DNA of 63,724 nucleotides, counting the filler, from Neolecta irregularis DAH-3 (taxonomy: Eukaryota): NCBI GenBank assembly GCA_001929475.1. It is 12 parts of 12 records of this genome, joined end to end, with 100 filler letters (N's around TTAATTAATTAA, not from the genome) between each part and the next. Parts side by side here need not be neighbours in the genome. Positions count along the whole stretch, not along the records: positions 23,441 to 46,236 come from LXFE01003465.1; 11 more parts are not named here. The stretch is one strand, 5' to 3'. The notes beneath the pieces are model-generated. The model made no database searches. It saw only the letters and a list, made by a program, of their open reading frames with translations, and was not told the origin of the DNA. The first letter of the stretch is position 1; every line of letters begins with the position of its first letter. The position numbers were made by a program, and so were the translations under genes. Below are positions 23,940 to 36,900 of this stretch, one piece after another.

Positions 23940-26900
23940 CTACAGCGTTGAATCTGGTACAGGGACTGCTTCCTGCCGGAGCCGGTACGTCAGGAGAAGA
24001 TCACTACTATCTTTCCAGTGAAATTGTCGAAGTGTTCCTAGAGTTATTGTAGGAGTAACAACCTATAAGATCAAAAAAAATACGATATAGTAGTCAAAAA
24101 AGAAACCTTGTCCTTGCAAAGAATCTCTAAATCCTCAAGTCTATTTTCTTGTGGTTTTCCACCTCCGGTTTCTAAAGATTCACTTTCCGGAAGTCGTTCG
24201 TAAATAAACAAAATAATCTTTCTTACTCGAAGCATTCGATTCGCATTCAACCGCGAATTCCTTCTCTTGTTAGCTCTATATGAAAAATAAACTAAAGTGA
24301 AACAGACCCTATAGGCAGACATTTCAATACACTGCCTGGGTAAGGTTTGAGATTGAAGCTCACTTTCTTTATATCTTGATTCGAAACTTTTCCCTCGAGA
24401 TGAGAACATACTCCCGAACCATGTTCATACCAAAAAAAGCATTTCCCCCAGCCAAACAGGGGCTACATATTCAAGAGTTTCGATGTCCTGTATTACAGTA
24501 CCCACTGTTCCCCGGTATACATCTAAAAGTCCTACCGAGTCTGCCGGAGCTTGAGATAGGATAATAGTAGTCTCAGGTGGCATTCTACAAGTAGGTGGAT
24601 CCAAATGTGTAGCTGTCGATAGTGGTTGACCTTGCCGAATTGATTCAAATTTGAGTTGAGTCTGTCTCCTCAAGACTTCGCCAAATGTAGCAGGTGCAGG
24701 TGTCGTGGATACATCCGGACTATCAGGCGCGCGAGAGCCCGCATCCACTGATTTCCTTCCACTTTCAGACGATGGTGATTCGCGCATATTTCCAGCTGAT
24801 ACTGTTCGCGATAATTTTCTACTCCCAAAGAGCCTGAATTTCTGCATGAAAGAATTGGAATACGGACTTGCTGGACGTGCCGATGTTGTCGTGGGCAGAG
24901 ATCCTCTTCTATCGATCATAGACGGACGTTCATAAGGGGAATGATGGGAACCAGGGAAATATTCCCACTGGTTAGTTGACCTTCGGTAAGACTCTTGTGA
25001 GACTCGGGCAGTAGGCGGGGCAGAAGGTGATGTAAAAGATGGAGGAAGAGTAGAAACCATCGTACTTCTTGGACTACGTGGCGAGTCAGATTCTTCGCTT
25101 TCTTCTTTCATGGAATGTAGGTTTCGGGGCATATTGAAACTAATGGGATCGTATGCAGGAGCAGGCGTTGCTAGCCCAATGTTCAACCCCAGATTCAATT
25201 GGCCGAATGGTGGAATACGGAATGAATGCATGTCTGGAGAAAAAATAGTCCTCGATGGTTGTAAAGATTGTAAATACCCAAGTTGAGGGACGGATCCTGA
25301 ACGAAACGCCCTGCGAATATCGGTATGTAGTGCAAGTCCTGCTGCGACATTTTCTGGGGACATCTCTGCAAGGTCTTCGAGACTTCCGAACATGTTCTTC
25401 AAAGTCCAGCGAGCAAGATGTACTATCACTAAGACTCGTTTCTATGACAATCATACCGCGCTGATCATCCTTTACTTGTACATCAAGATCGAGCTCGTCC
25501 GCGTAAGCCTCACCTGTGAAACATGTATTTTCTGATAACTCGATCATTAAAATTCCTAGCCGGATGTCTGCACGGAACCATTTTTCTCGAAAGATATCTG
25601 TTTCCAACTTTTTCGCAACATATTCAAGAGAGGAATCTGTGAATATTTGCGTCGAGATACCCTATCATGTTAGTTTATAAAAAGTCTAAATCTTTAAAAG
25701 ACTTTGACAACATCCCACACTACAACACTTCCATCTGTGTCAGAAGTCAAAACATGCTGCCTATCGTTCAACTCAAGAGTACTAGTAACTTTGGCCGATC
25801 CTTCGAGCACCTCGAAGATGTAGGAGTCCAAAGGCTGATCTGACGAGGGTGTAAGTGTATCTTTGATCTCAACCGGTGGGTTGCTTTCTGCAACATTGTT
25901 CAAGGGTTTACGAGAAGACTAGCAAGTCAGAAGCGATAATGAGGAAGAGAAACACACCCGCTTTGTTATTGCAGAGGACTTTGTTGCGACCCAAAGGTCT
26001 CCATCCCATTCTGTCATTTTGAGAATACCAGATTGTTCTTGTGACAAGTAATTTAAACTACATGATTCGCCTCCCATATCGAGAGCAGTACGAAATATAC
26101 AACCATTTCGATCGGCTGACCAAAACAATTGTAGAAAAGGATCACGGGAATGTAATGACCAAATGCTCGCTGCATGCATCTCCAGAGAGGTGACACATCG
26201 GCGTTCAGGAATTGACCAAACTTTAACAGTTTTATCGGTACTTCCAGATATCAGCTAAAGTGTCAGAGATATTTTCATTCAAAGACTCGTGCTCTACGGC
26301 CGTCTTCACTGATTAAAAGGGATCGAACGTTGTCTTGATGTCCTGATAATGTTGCAATACTTTGACCAGTATTCGAATCCCATAATCGTATTAAATTTTC
26401 AGGGCTCCCGCTGGCTATGATATCTGTCGAAGCTGCAAGTGCATGTACACTTCCCTTTTGGCCAGGTCCGGTACTACCCACATCGATAGTAAGCCTGCTT
26501 CCTGACCCATTCAAGTCCCATAAATAGATACGCTGGTCGAGACCTCCAGATGCTATCCAATCGGCATTTGCAGATGGAGACGCAAGACATTTGACAAAAT
26601 CATTGTGGTGCCCGAGCGTGTGGGGTAACGATCTCATCTCTCGTGGTCGCCACAATTTGACAGTTTGATCCGAGGAACATGAAATGACTACGGATATCAG
26701 GTCAGTAGAGCAGGCTTGTCACCATTTTGTCCATGATGGGTTAATGCTATATCATTTATCCAGTGAGTATGTGCCTGGAACTGATGTTTGAAAGATGTAG
26801 ACGGCGAACTGGGTTTCTACAATTAGCAATAGCATACAAAAGACCCAACCTCTTCATTTACAAATGAAATTTTCGTATCTGACCGTGACTGTGCTTTATG

Positions 26901-27125
26901 GTTGAGATTCCAGCAGCAAAGGAGGCCATCCCGACCGCCGCTATATAAAACACCCGAGCAGGTATCGTCAGAATCTGTAATGTAATTCGCCTTTGTATCT
27001 ATTTCCAAAGCATTAACGCCCAATCTGTGTCCTGGATTTGGATTCGGAGTGTTGAGAACATAAGATATTTTTGATGGCATCGGTTTCTCCTTCTCGACCC
27101 TCATCGACTCGTTCGGCACTGTCAT
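23940..27125 (-). CDS. WDR48: WDR48/UAF1 (Duf1/Bun107) WD40 deubiquitinase activator, multi-exon
   Basis: ISYVL..GHRLGVNAL, LYSGGRDG, AHTHWINDIAL, several WD repeats, C-terminal RLNANRMLRVRKI and LEILC. The start ATG could be 27125, 27104 or 27080. Confidence 0.92.
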
Positions 27126-27172
27126 CTCAAGTTCGTCTGTAGTAAATATCGCCAAACACCTGAACAATTCTG

Positions 27173-27896
27173 ATGGCCGGAACTCATGCAGCTGCTCCGA
27201 TCCGTGTCGAGAAAGCAACAGACGAAGAGGTAGTAATCGTACGAAAGTTGGTGGTTGATGGTGAGTGATAATACACGGTACAAATAACTGCTAAGTCAAA
27301 TAGAGATTCTTGGACAAGCCAGTGCTGCGAATAATCGAGTGTATTTAAAACTGAGTCCGTTCCTCGGTGCATCAACATTTGCACTGCTGTTTTTGCTGAG
27401 AGCGGATCTGGGACAGGCGATTATTGTTGTTGCAGGAGTACTGGCCATCACTTTTATTACTATCGCGTGGTGGACTTCGACTATCTATGAGGCAGATGCA
27501 CTGGCTATTCTGCAGAAAGACGCAGGTCTGGAATGCCTAGAGAAACATTATGGCAGTGGCAGTGCAATAGCACGTCTCGATGATCAATTTATCGGGTTCG
27601 TTGCCGTCGAAACTTCACTCGACAAAATTGCAAATATCAAGCATTTGGCCGTGAAACACTACGCAAGACGCAATGAAACAATATGCCATCTACTGCAACG
27701 CGCCATTGACTACGCCATGGACCGCAAAGTAACAATATTACGAATTTCCGTTCTCAACACCATGGATAGAACTGAACACCTTCTCCAGCAGTACAAATTT
27801 CGAAAAACAGGACGTTCAACCACAAAAGAAAGGGATTTCCTCTTGAGATGGGCCGGAATACGGACGATTGAATGGGTGTATGAGCCAGAATCATGA
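27173..27896 (+). CDS. Membrane-anchored GNAT N-acetyltransferase (NAT8/camello-like), 2 exons
   Basis: Two hydrophobic segments followed by FIGFVAV, IKHLAVKHYARR...LLQRAIDYA and YKF GNAT motifs; intron starting GTGAGT at 27261. Confidence 0.75.
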
Positions 27897-27964
27897 TAAC
27901 ATGTACTGTATTTATGATAAAGATTCTACGACATAACAACTCCTGCCCGCCCTTTTCTACGCCG

Positions 27965-30900
27965 CTATGAATCACCCGCATAATCATCCAGTAAATTCTC
28001 TAGGATTCTGTTGACTTTAGAAAGCATTGCTTTACCTGAAAGTTAGAAGTTTGCTGAGCATTGAAACTTACCTTGGTTTGTCAAAAGAAGTCTCTCCGCG
28101 TTCTCGGGAAGCCCCAGCCACGTTGGTGGTTGTCGTTCTGGTAATTCGCGTACCCACTGCATGAATTGTTCCATTCTGCTACCCTCGGGTGCTTTCACTG
28201 AGTCGGGTGAAGCTACAAGTTCAAAGCCGAGATCAAATGCCTTGGATGACAACGTGTAGTTAACTATTTTGTCGAGGGCAAGCTGATCAGATTCCTCGTC
28301 AATTCTTCCTCCATAGATGGATTGAGACAGTAAAGTGCAGATTGCAGACCACGGAATTTTATCAGGTGAGAGGTTGGATCTTCCAGCGCTAGTATCATCA
28401 ACCCATGTATCAATAACAAATGCTGCGCATTCGAAATCGGAATCGTTAAATTCATAGCCTTTAGACCATCCTAATGGAACGTATCGTAAGCGTTCAAGAA
28501 TAACGGCATGAATCCAGGATAATAAAAAATATAACCGTCCACGTTCAACAGGTTGTTTGGAGCATCGTTCCATAGAGAGACTGCGAAGAGATTCGGTCAT
28601 ATTGGCCTTGATACCAGGAGGCGGTTCGAACATAAGGATTCGAGATATTCGTAATAGACTTACGGGAACTTTAGTGCTAATTTCCATCGTCATAAACAAC
28701 CGAAAATTAGGGTGAGATTTCAGTCCATGAAGTCGCTTCTCGAGGTTACCCAGCCATTGTGTTGAATGTGAAGCAAGGTGGATATTTTTAAGGAATACCC
28801 AGGACCCGGCCTGTGCAGCTGAGGTTATCGCACGTTCTGCTTGACTAAATCCTTCCTCAGAACCCATTGCAACAGAAGTACATTTCATTTGAAGCTTGCT
28901 GATGAGGTTGTCTACCTTGAAGCTAGCATCGTACCCTGGAACAGAGCATAGAGCTAGAGGAATATTAGAATGGACTTCTTTCATAACGAGTTGCTCAAAG
29001 TCGTATTCGTTGTCTGTGAGTGTATTTTTTCCTAGGACTGTTGCAACGTATTTTTCTGCCGATGGGATAAGCCGATCATTGCGAAAGATTTTAACATAGA
29101 GTAATGAATGAAGGGCATGATCAACATCTATCTTTTCAATACAGGCAAAATAGACGGCCATACCAGTAGCGTCTCGTTCTAAGAGATTCGAAACGTGTTT
29201 CTCGGCAAATTCATCATTTAGAAACTTTTGCCATTCTTCAGAGTTTTGTCCTGCTAGAGAAGTGATTCTTTCGGTTCCAGGAATTCGAGATAAGACTTGT
29301 AGTTTCCCATGCAGTAGAGAAATCCTTTCAGAATCGGTGGATAAATCGCAACCTGAGATTGATTCATCCATTATGCTATCCAGTATAGTAGAGTTCATCT
29401 CCACAGGCGCAGCTTGAGCTAGCAACAGTGCTAGAACGAGGTGATCTTCGTGAAGAAGAGCTTGCGAGGTCTTCGCAAAGGTTGATGTAAAAATTGCCCT
29501 AGTAAGTAGATCGACTCGCTTACCATAATCCGATATGTCATCTAGTTTCTTCGTGTCCTTGAGAACAGACTGAAAAATGCCCTGGAAATAATCCAATGAA
29601 AACTGATAAAAGTGATTCAGCTGTTGCAGTTGCTCCAATGTAACAAAGATAGTACTGCACGCTACTGCGATAGGTTTATATCGAGCCGTTATTTCTTCAA
29701 CTTCCAACATGACTCCTTCGGTTTCTGAGACTTTTCTTGTGATTTCAGCAGCTTCCAGCTTAAGGGTCTCAAGTGTAGCAATAACAAGATCATCATCAAG
29801 AATGTTGCCTTGCGATTCATTCAGTGCCTGTAGCAGGCGTTTTTCGAGTCTTCGAAGGTGCAATTTGAACTCCCCTTGGCTCTTGATTAAATTGTTCCGT
29901 CGTTGATCAACATCAGGCCTCTCTGTTTTCAGGACTTCGTTGAGACATTGCGCTTGTAGACTACTGCGGGTTGTGGTAAAATTGACGAATGTTACCCGAC
30001 CACAGATATCAGGCGAGAATGTTGCAGAAGGATCTCGGGTACAGAGATATAGACGGAAGGCTGGCGAGAAATCAATTTCTTGTTTTCCAAGTTGTATCAA
30101 TACACGACCACCAGTTTTCTGATACTCTTTGTTAAGGACATGATTGAGGATTGGATCCAAATATTCGGCGTCATGGATGAGAATCGGATTACCAAAACGT
30201 AACGCACTTTCAAGATGTTTAACGAAGGCATCATCTAGGAAACTTGTAATGGTCAATTTACGTTGATCGCTTTGACTGAGCAGAAATTGGACTGCTTGGC
30301 CAGAAGGATCGATGATTAAAGGATATCTATTATGCCTCTTGAGCATAATCGCATTTTCTGTGCAAAGATCATCCGCTGGTAAAGACTGTTCTTGCCATTG
30401 GAGTTTGTCGTCTGCAGTACAGAGATACTCAGAGATACGGTTTTGCTCCTCAAATTTTATGCCAGATGCCTGAAGGAATGCAGTCCACATATCGCGCATC
30501 ACAGTCCGATAATGTTGGTCGTATAATCCAGCATATGCCAGGAATGCAGCAGAAATCAGAGAATCACCAGCAATGGTGCTGATTTGCTGATCGAACGACC
30601 TGCTTCCTGATTCCCACCGCTCACGTTCAGATGAAAGACTGTCAAGAAGCTTCAGACTTCGATCTACTTTTGATTGAACTCGATTCATCTCGCTTTTGAG
30701 CATTTGAGTCTCGCTGATCAAGACTGCATATTCGTCTTTGTAACGTGCAATACTTGTTTCCAACTCATTAATCATCTCGATAATAGTCTGGGCTTGTGCC
30801 TTTGTTTCGTTGGTTTTCTCTTCAAGTAATCTGACTTCATCTCGGAGGGGACCAACTCGATCGAGAATTTCCGAGTAGTTGACCTGAGCAACTGCCCATT

Positions 30901-33900
30901 GGACCAAAGGGCCGCAAGCTTTACTCGCTCTGTTGACCGTTTCGAAATTGTAGTTCGGTTTTGATAAATACTCCGATTGCATTTTCAGACGAAGACTTTT
31001 TGTCATTTGCTTCTCATTGTCGTAATTGACGATACTGGTAATGAAATCGTCACGACGTATAATTCCTTGAACAGTTTTCCAACTGTCGACCCTGTTACCA
31101 AGCAATGTACATACAGATTCCATAGCCATTTTTACAGCCTCAGGAGGATTTGCCATCGAACGGACTTCCGTGAGATGTTGTTTCTTGATACTGCTGACAC
31201 TTCGTTGCGCTTCCACTACAGCAGGCTCGGCCCGAGCAAGATCATCGAGAACCACTTTCTTTCGTTCTGCAATTTCCTCATCCTGAACGGCAAGGTCTTC
31301 TTGAATCTTCAGCGAAGCAGAGCGTTTTTGTTCTGCATCTCGCTGATCAGCCACCATGCGTTGCAATTTTTCGTTTGCTTCAGCGCTCTTCTTCTCTAGC
31401 TCACGTTGCTTTTGAGCAAGGTCTTTCCGGAGATCGTTGACTTTGAGAACAGTATCTTGCAATTTTTCAAGACCGACATTGAGATGGCGTTGCTGCTCTT
31501 CGAGATCTTCTCGCTTTTCGTTGTACAGTTTCACATAATGATCGACGAAATCGAGATAGTGTCGAGGGGTCAAAAAGGTTACAACGTTATGAGACTTTCT
31601 GAGTTTCACATTGATCTCATGCATAGAAGAATGTATATAGATCATTGCGTTAACGACAGCTTGGCGATGTGTTGGCGGGTTAGGAAGCTCAGAATAGCAG
31701 CTCTGAAAGTGGGAAGGCGGTTGATAACTAGCTACATCGAGGTCAAGTGTTTGAGTAAATTCCGAACCGACTTGAAAGAATGCTTGTTCGGACCAATCTC
31801 CAAACCAATTCAAAACGCAACGATTGAATAATGCTGGGGAGGTAGCCGCTTTTGAGGAAAGACCGCCTTCTGGAGGGTTCATCGTAAAGACAACATGAAG
31901 ATTCTTGACAATCTGTTGTGTGAACCATCGATAAAGTTCCTCCGGAGAATCGAGCAAAAGGCCGGCACGTTGGGCGTTCTCTTTACAACTGCTCATCAAG
32001 GTCGTTAATTCATCGCCTTCAAAAAGTCCGGGAACTTCGGCGTTTGCCAGCAAAGTGTTCATTCTTTCCAAGAAGCCTGTGTCAAGGACGTTTGATTCGT
32101 CCATTATGAAGCAGATTTTTTCCCCTTTACAACCGGCACGACGAAGGACATCTCGCAAATCCTCATCGAAATCCAAAGCACTATATTTGTTGTGTACTTT
32201 GATCTGAAAGGTCTTCAGGCCATTCATCCAGGCAACAAACCGAGAAAGTGTAGTCTAAATGTTAATACTTCCAAAAATCCTTTATATTACCTTTCCACTC
32301 CCACTAACTCCTATTAGAATGAGATGTCCTTGGGGCTGCCTGAAGACACGATCAATCCGTAGTACGTGATCGAGGACATCATTAAAGAGCACCAATGGGA
32401 CATCGAGTTCCTCTTCGCAAAATGTTTTAAGCCTCGCTTTGGTGTAATCTCGAAGCTGCTCGCGGTCAACTGGGACATAATCCTTCGATAGCCAGTTAGA
32501 ATAAAGGATTGGCTGTCGGAGGGCTTCCTCGAGATTGATGCCGGGGAAATGCTGATCAGCTATCTCAAATACAGCCCTTTCAGTCCATTGCCTCTCATCC
32601 TCATTTACGAGACGATCTTGGAATAATCGTAAAGCTTCATGCGCCCATAATCGAACTAGACCTTCGATAGTCAATGTCTCAAGTGGTTTGATAACCTCAT
32701 AAATCCCACGAATCCAGCGACTCAACTCACGAGGGCTGTAGACATAATGCGCCTGAACTGTCGCATTGAATTTCGCCTGGGATTTTAAATAAAAATCCAC
32801 CATAGCTCCGGTAAGAGGCTCAGAATATCCCCGTAAATTAGGGACGCATTTAAGGATGGCTTTGATGAATGCTCCATAAATTTGCATCAATGACTCTTTG
32901 CCTGGATAATCGACCATGACGAGCGGTGAATGTCGAAGAAACCGATGGGCCAGTGGTGTTCTACCGGCATCGGTGGGAGGGTTACAAGCGCCAACGAATT
33001 GAATGCGTTCGAGAGATACCCACGCCTTGTCTGAGGTTCGCCAAAATCCATTATGCTCCACCAGTTGTCGGAGAAATGAGATGACCCGTTGAGTGCCATA
33101 TTTGTCGGGAGCAGGTAAATTGATTTCATCACAGAAGATGACTAGCCAGCGTCCAACTTGAGTCGGGGCGAGCATAATTCCATTAAGAGTCTTTCGATAT
33201 TCACAATATTGTTCAAAGACTTTAATCACAAGTTCTGGTGTAGTCGCATTGGAGAAATTTAGACCAGCAACTTCCATGTCTGGTAGCTTGCGAAGAGCAC
33301 TGAATAATGTCATCGTCTTGCCAGATCCTGGAGGGCCGCAGAGAAGGACGGGACGATGGTCAGCTAGCCAGGAATACAGGACCTCTTCATGCCTGATTGT
33401 ATCAACAGTTGGGATGACAACATCTGTTTGCGTGACTGAATGAGTGTCAACCTCGGTGGTGGGGACTTTTGTGATCCAGGGAAGCCAATCCCCAGATGGT
33501 AAACTTACATCATAATCGATCGCGGATGCTGAAGGAACTGGCAGTTCGATAGAGGTAATCGAACAAACATACTTGCTTAACAAGTGGCGGTCTTCGAGAG
33601 GGCAGTCTCCAGAAAAACTCCATACTATGTCTAAAAGGAGTTTGCGAGTAACGTATTTCTCAATCTGAGCATCATCTAGTGGAAAGTCCTGATGCATGGC
33701 GTTATATTCAAGAATGTTGCGGCATGTGCGAGTAAGGAGTGAGAATATACTGGTTAGAGCACGGCCTTCAGTGAAGTCCATGATATGATCAAGTGATTTC
33801 GCTTTTCTTAGCGACTTGATGATAGCCCCATTGCCATCGAGAAATGGTTGTATGATATCAGCAAATTGTTCTTGGCACGCTAGGTTGCTCGCAACAGTTG

Positions 33901-36900
33901 TACCAATGGGCCTTTCGTCATCAATGTCGTCGAAGGATCTATTTCGAATTGTATTGAGAAACTGAGGGAGGACCATCTCACATGTGGTCGTGTCCTCGCT
34001 GAACCAGACCATTCCACAACGACTGACAGTTGCCGGAGTAGCATAGCGAAGAGATTCAACCTCGAACATGATTCTGACAGACGGGGGCAGTCCAAGACGT
34101 TCTCCGTTGGGCAGCGTAAGAAGTTTGTTATCATCAAGTACACTAGAATATATCAACGTGGCTTATTCCAGAAGATACCTATTCAAATTTTCGACCCATT
34201 CGGGATCAACATCACCGTCGAAAATGATCCAATGTCTCTTTGTGTCTTCGCCACGAACATTATCGATGATCTTCCTAAGAATAGAAGTGAAAAGACCATC
34301 TGTCCATTCTCGGGTCGTCGTATCAAGATTTCCGTAAAGTATTTCTTTTGAGATAACTTTAGGGTCAATAATGTAATGGATCCCTTCAGTTCCTTCGACT
34401 TGCTGTAAAGCTTCCAGTAATACTCTCCACGCGCGCGATTTACCAGTACCTGAAGAACCAACCATCATAACTCCATGATGAATAGTCTGAATTTGATACA
34501 ACTGCAACAGCTTGGTTACCCAGGAATCGTCAGCTTTGAGACCCAGTCTGTCTGCTACTTTTCGAATGGCATCAGTTAGCTTGGTCAAATTTGCTGGAAT
34601 ATAAACCGCATCTGGAAAGGCAGTTTTTTCAATTCTACATCATTAGTGATATAATTGAAGGCGGCGTACTTTTCCATCAGCTCGACATCATTTCCCACGA
34701 GTTTAGGTGCAATAGTCTCTCGAAGGCTTTGTAAAATAAGCACCTCTTCTGAAGACTCTTCCAAATCTTTCGAACCTTGTAGCAATCGAGCCCGTTTAAT
34801 ATTTCCCGAAGTCGTTAAAACGCTTTTAAGAGCCCGAAGACCGAAATCGTAATGTGATTGAGAAGATAATTGTTTCGAACAAGCTTCAAAGAAAGGTACC
34901 ACCCGGATGGCAAGATCTTTTGCGTTGTGAAATCCTTGCGAATATAACATTACTTGAGCGATAAGTTCTTTGTCTGGCTTAGTCATCGCAATGCTTCTGA
35001 ACAACTTTTTCAAGTTGTCTGGCAAATTGGATCGGCCGGCATAACCGGGATTCATTGTAATAAAAATTCCTTTTGTTGAGTAATGATAAAACAAAACTAA
35101 GTACCTGTGTCGGCATGAATTTTGAATGATTTTCCAATCAATTCAACTTGAGCCTGTGAGTCATGTTGTAAAGCTTTCAGCCCGAGCTGAATGCTCTGGA
35201 TTTGTTGCGAAACAGCACTCAGTATTCGCTCTTCCAGTCGATTGAATTCATCAAAGCAACCCCATGCACCAACTTGACAAATTCCAAGGAAAATTCTGCC
35301 CATAGCTTGAAAATCAAAGGTATCATCACAACAAAAAACGAGAACAAACTTTCCAAGCTGAACACCCAAAGCCTTGACGGATTCAGTTTTACCTGTTTAT
35401 TTAGTCAAAAGATTATTTGATTCTGATTTACCTGTCCCAGCAGGTCCATGCGGCGATCCACCTAATCCTCGGCGTAGGGCTTGAGTCAATGTCAAGAAAC
35501 AACGGTCTGTTAATGGTGTTTGAACAAGTCGATCGGCGACACCGAGGTATTCATATCCATAATCGAATACAGCGCTAGCCATGCTAACTTTTAAACGATC
35601 AATTGGTTCGCCCTCTGGATTGTAGCAGAATCGCATATGAGATAGCCATCTAAAATCATGTGGATTGACAACGTTTCCTGCCTTCAAAGAGTCAATAACG
35701 TCGCGTTGGTGAACCATTTCTGTTATCAGATGTTCACACTTCTTTCGTTTGATGCCATCAATATCCTCAAGGACGAAGCTAGCAAGTCTCTTGAGGACTT
35801 CATCTACCCGTTTACCTGGAGAGTTGAGAGCTTCAAGATCTCCTTTATTGCAAGCCAGAAGAGCGTCATCAACTGAAGTAGTCCACATTGTTTGCATCGC
35901 AAGAACGACAATCTGAGCGGGATATCGGTAAATCCATCCATCTAAATCGTCAGGATTGACTTCTTCATGCGTGTAGAGTTCCTGAAGGTCAGAGTAAGCT
36001 GAGGACAGAAGTAGAGCGAGGGTAGTCTTCATCCCATGTTCAAGTGCACCCAACCAATCGTTAATCTTTGGGATTTTTATGAGCGATATCTCACGTCGAA
36101 GAGTCACGGTCTCGCCTTCCCGAGAGGTGAAACCGAGGATAACCGTGGAATCTTCACTGAGCTGTAATCCAGAGAGACCGGCAAACATTTTCTTCAAATG
36201 CTTTTGTACACGGATAGTATCTTTGCTGTTCCCGATGAGTTCCAATAAATCTTCGTCTCCAACAAAGTAAAAGCGCGGGAACGAGCTTCTTTCCCGTTCG
36301 AGATATTCCCCAAGAGCTTTTTGGATTTTTCCAAGTAGCTCAGCAAGGCGATCAAGTGATTTCTGCAAATTCGAGATGTTGAGGATATCAAGAACGAATG
36401 GCGATTTTGAAACTTTTTTCATGACAGCTAAAAATTCGGTATTGATGTTTTGAAAGCGAGATGATTCCACAGGAAGTAACTGTTTTATATCTGCATTACC
36501 AGTGAAGATGCCTTCGAGATAAACCCACTGTCGCTGAACATCGATCCATTTATCAAAAATATTGTAGGTTCGATTTAGTTTATCATCCCATGACGAGGCC
36601 TCCTCCTCAAATATTTTGTAATATGGCGAGTTCTTCATCGCACTGATTGAACTGATATGTTCTCCACATTTTGCAAAGAGGTCATCCCATCCTTTGATAA
36701 GCCGGGTTTTATTCTGGTAATTGACGAGGTCAACCACGTAACCAGTCCATGTTTCTCGAACTTGCTTCAGATATTCTTCGAGAGCCATTTCACCTTGAGC
36801 TTGCCCGATAATATCGCGGATGATGGTTTCATTGCGCGTAACGTCGAGATCCCAAACATCTCCAAGAGTCAGTGCCGAAAGAGAAATTCGTTCTCTTGGT

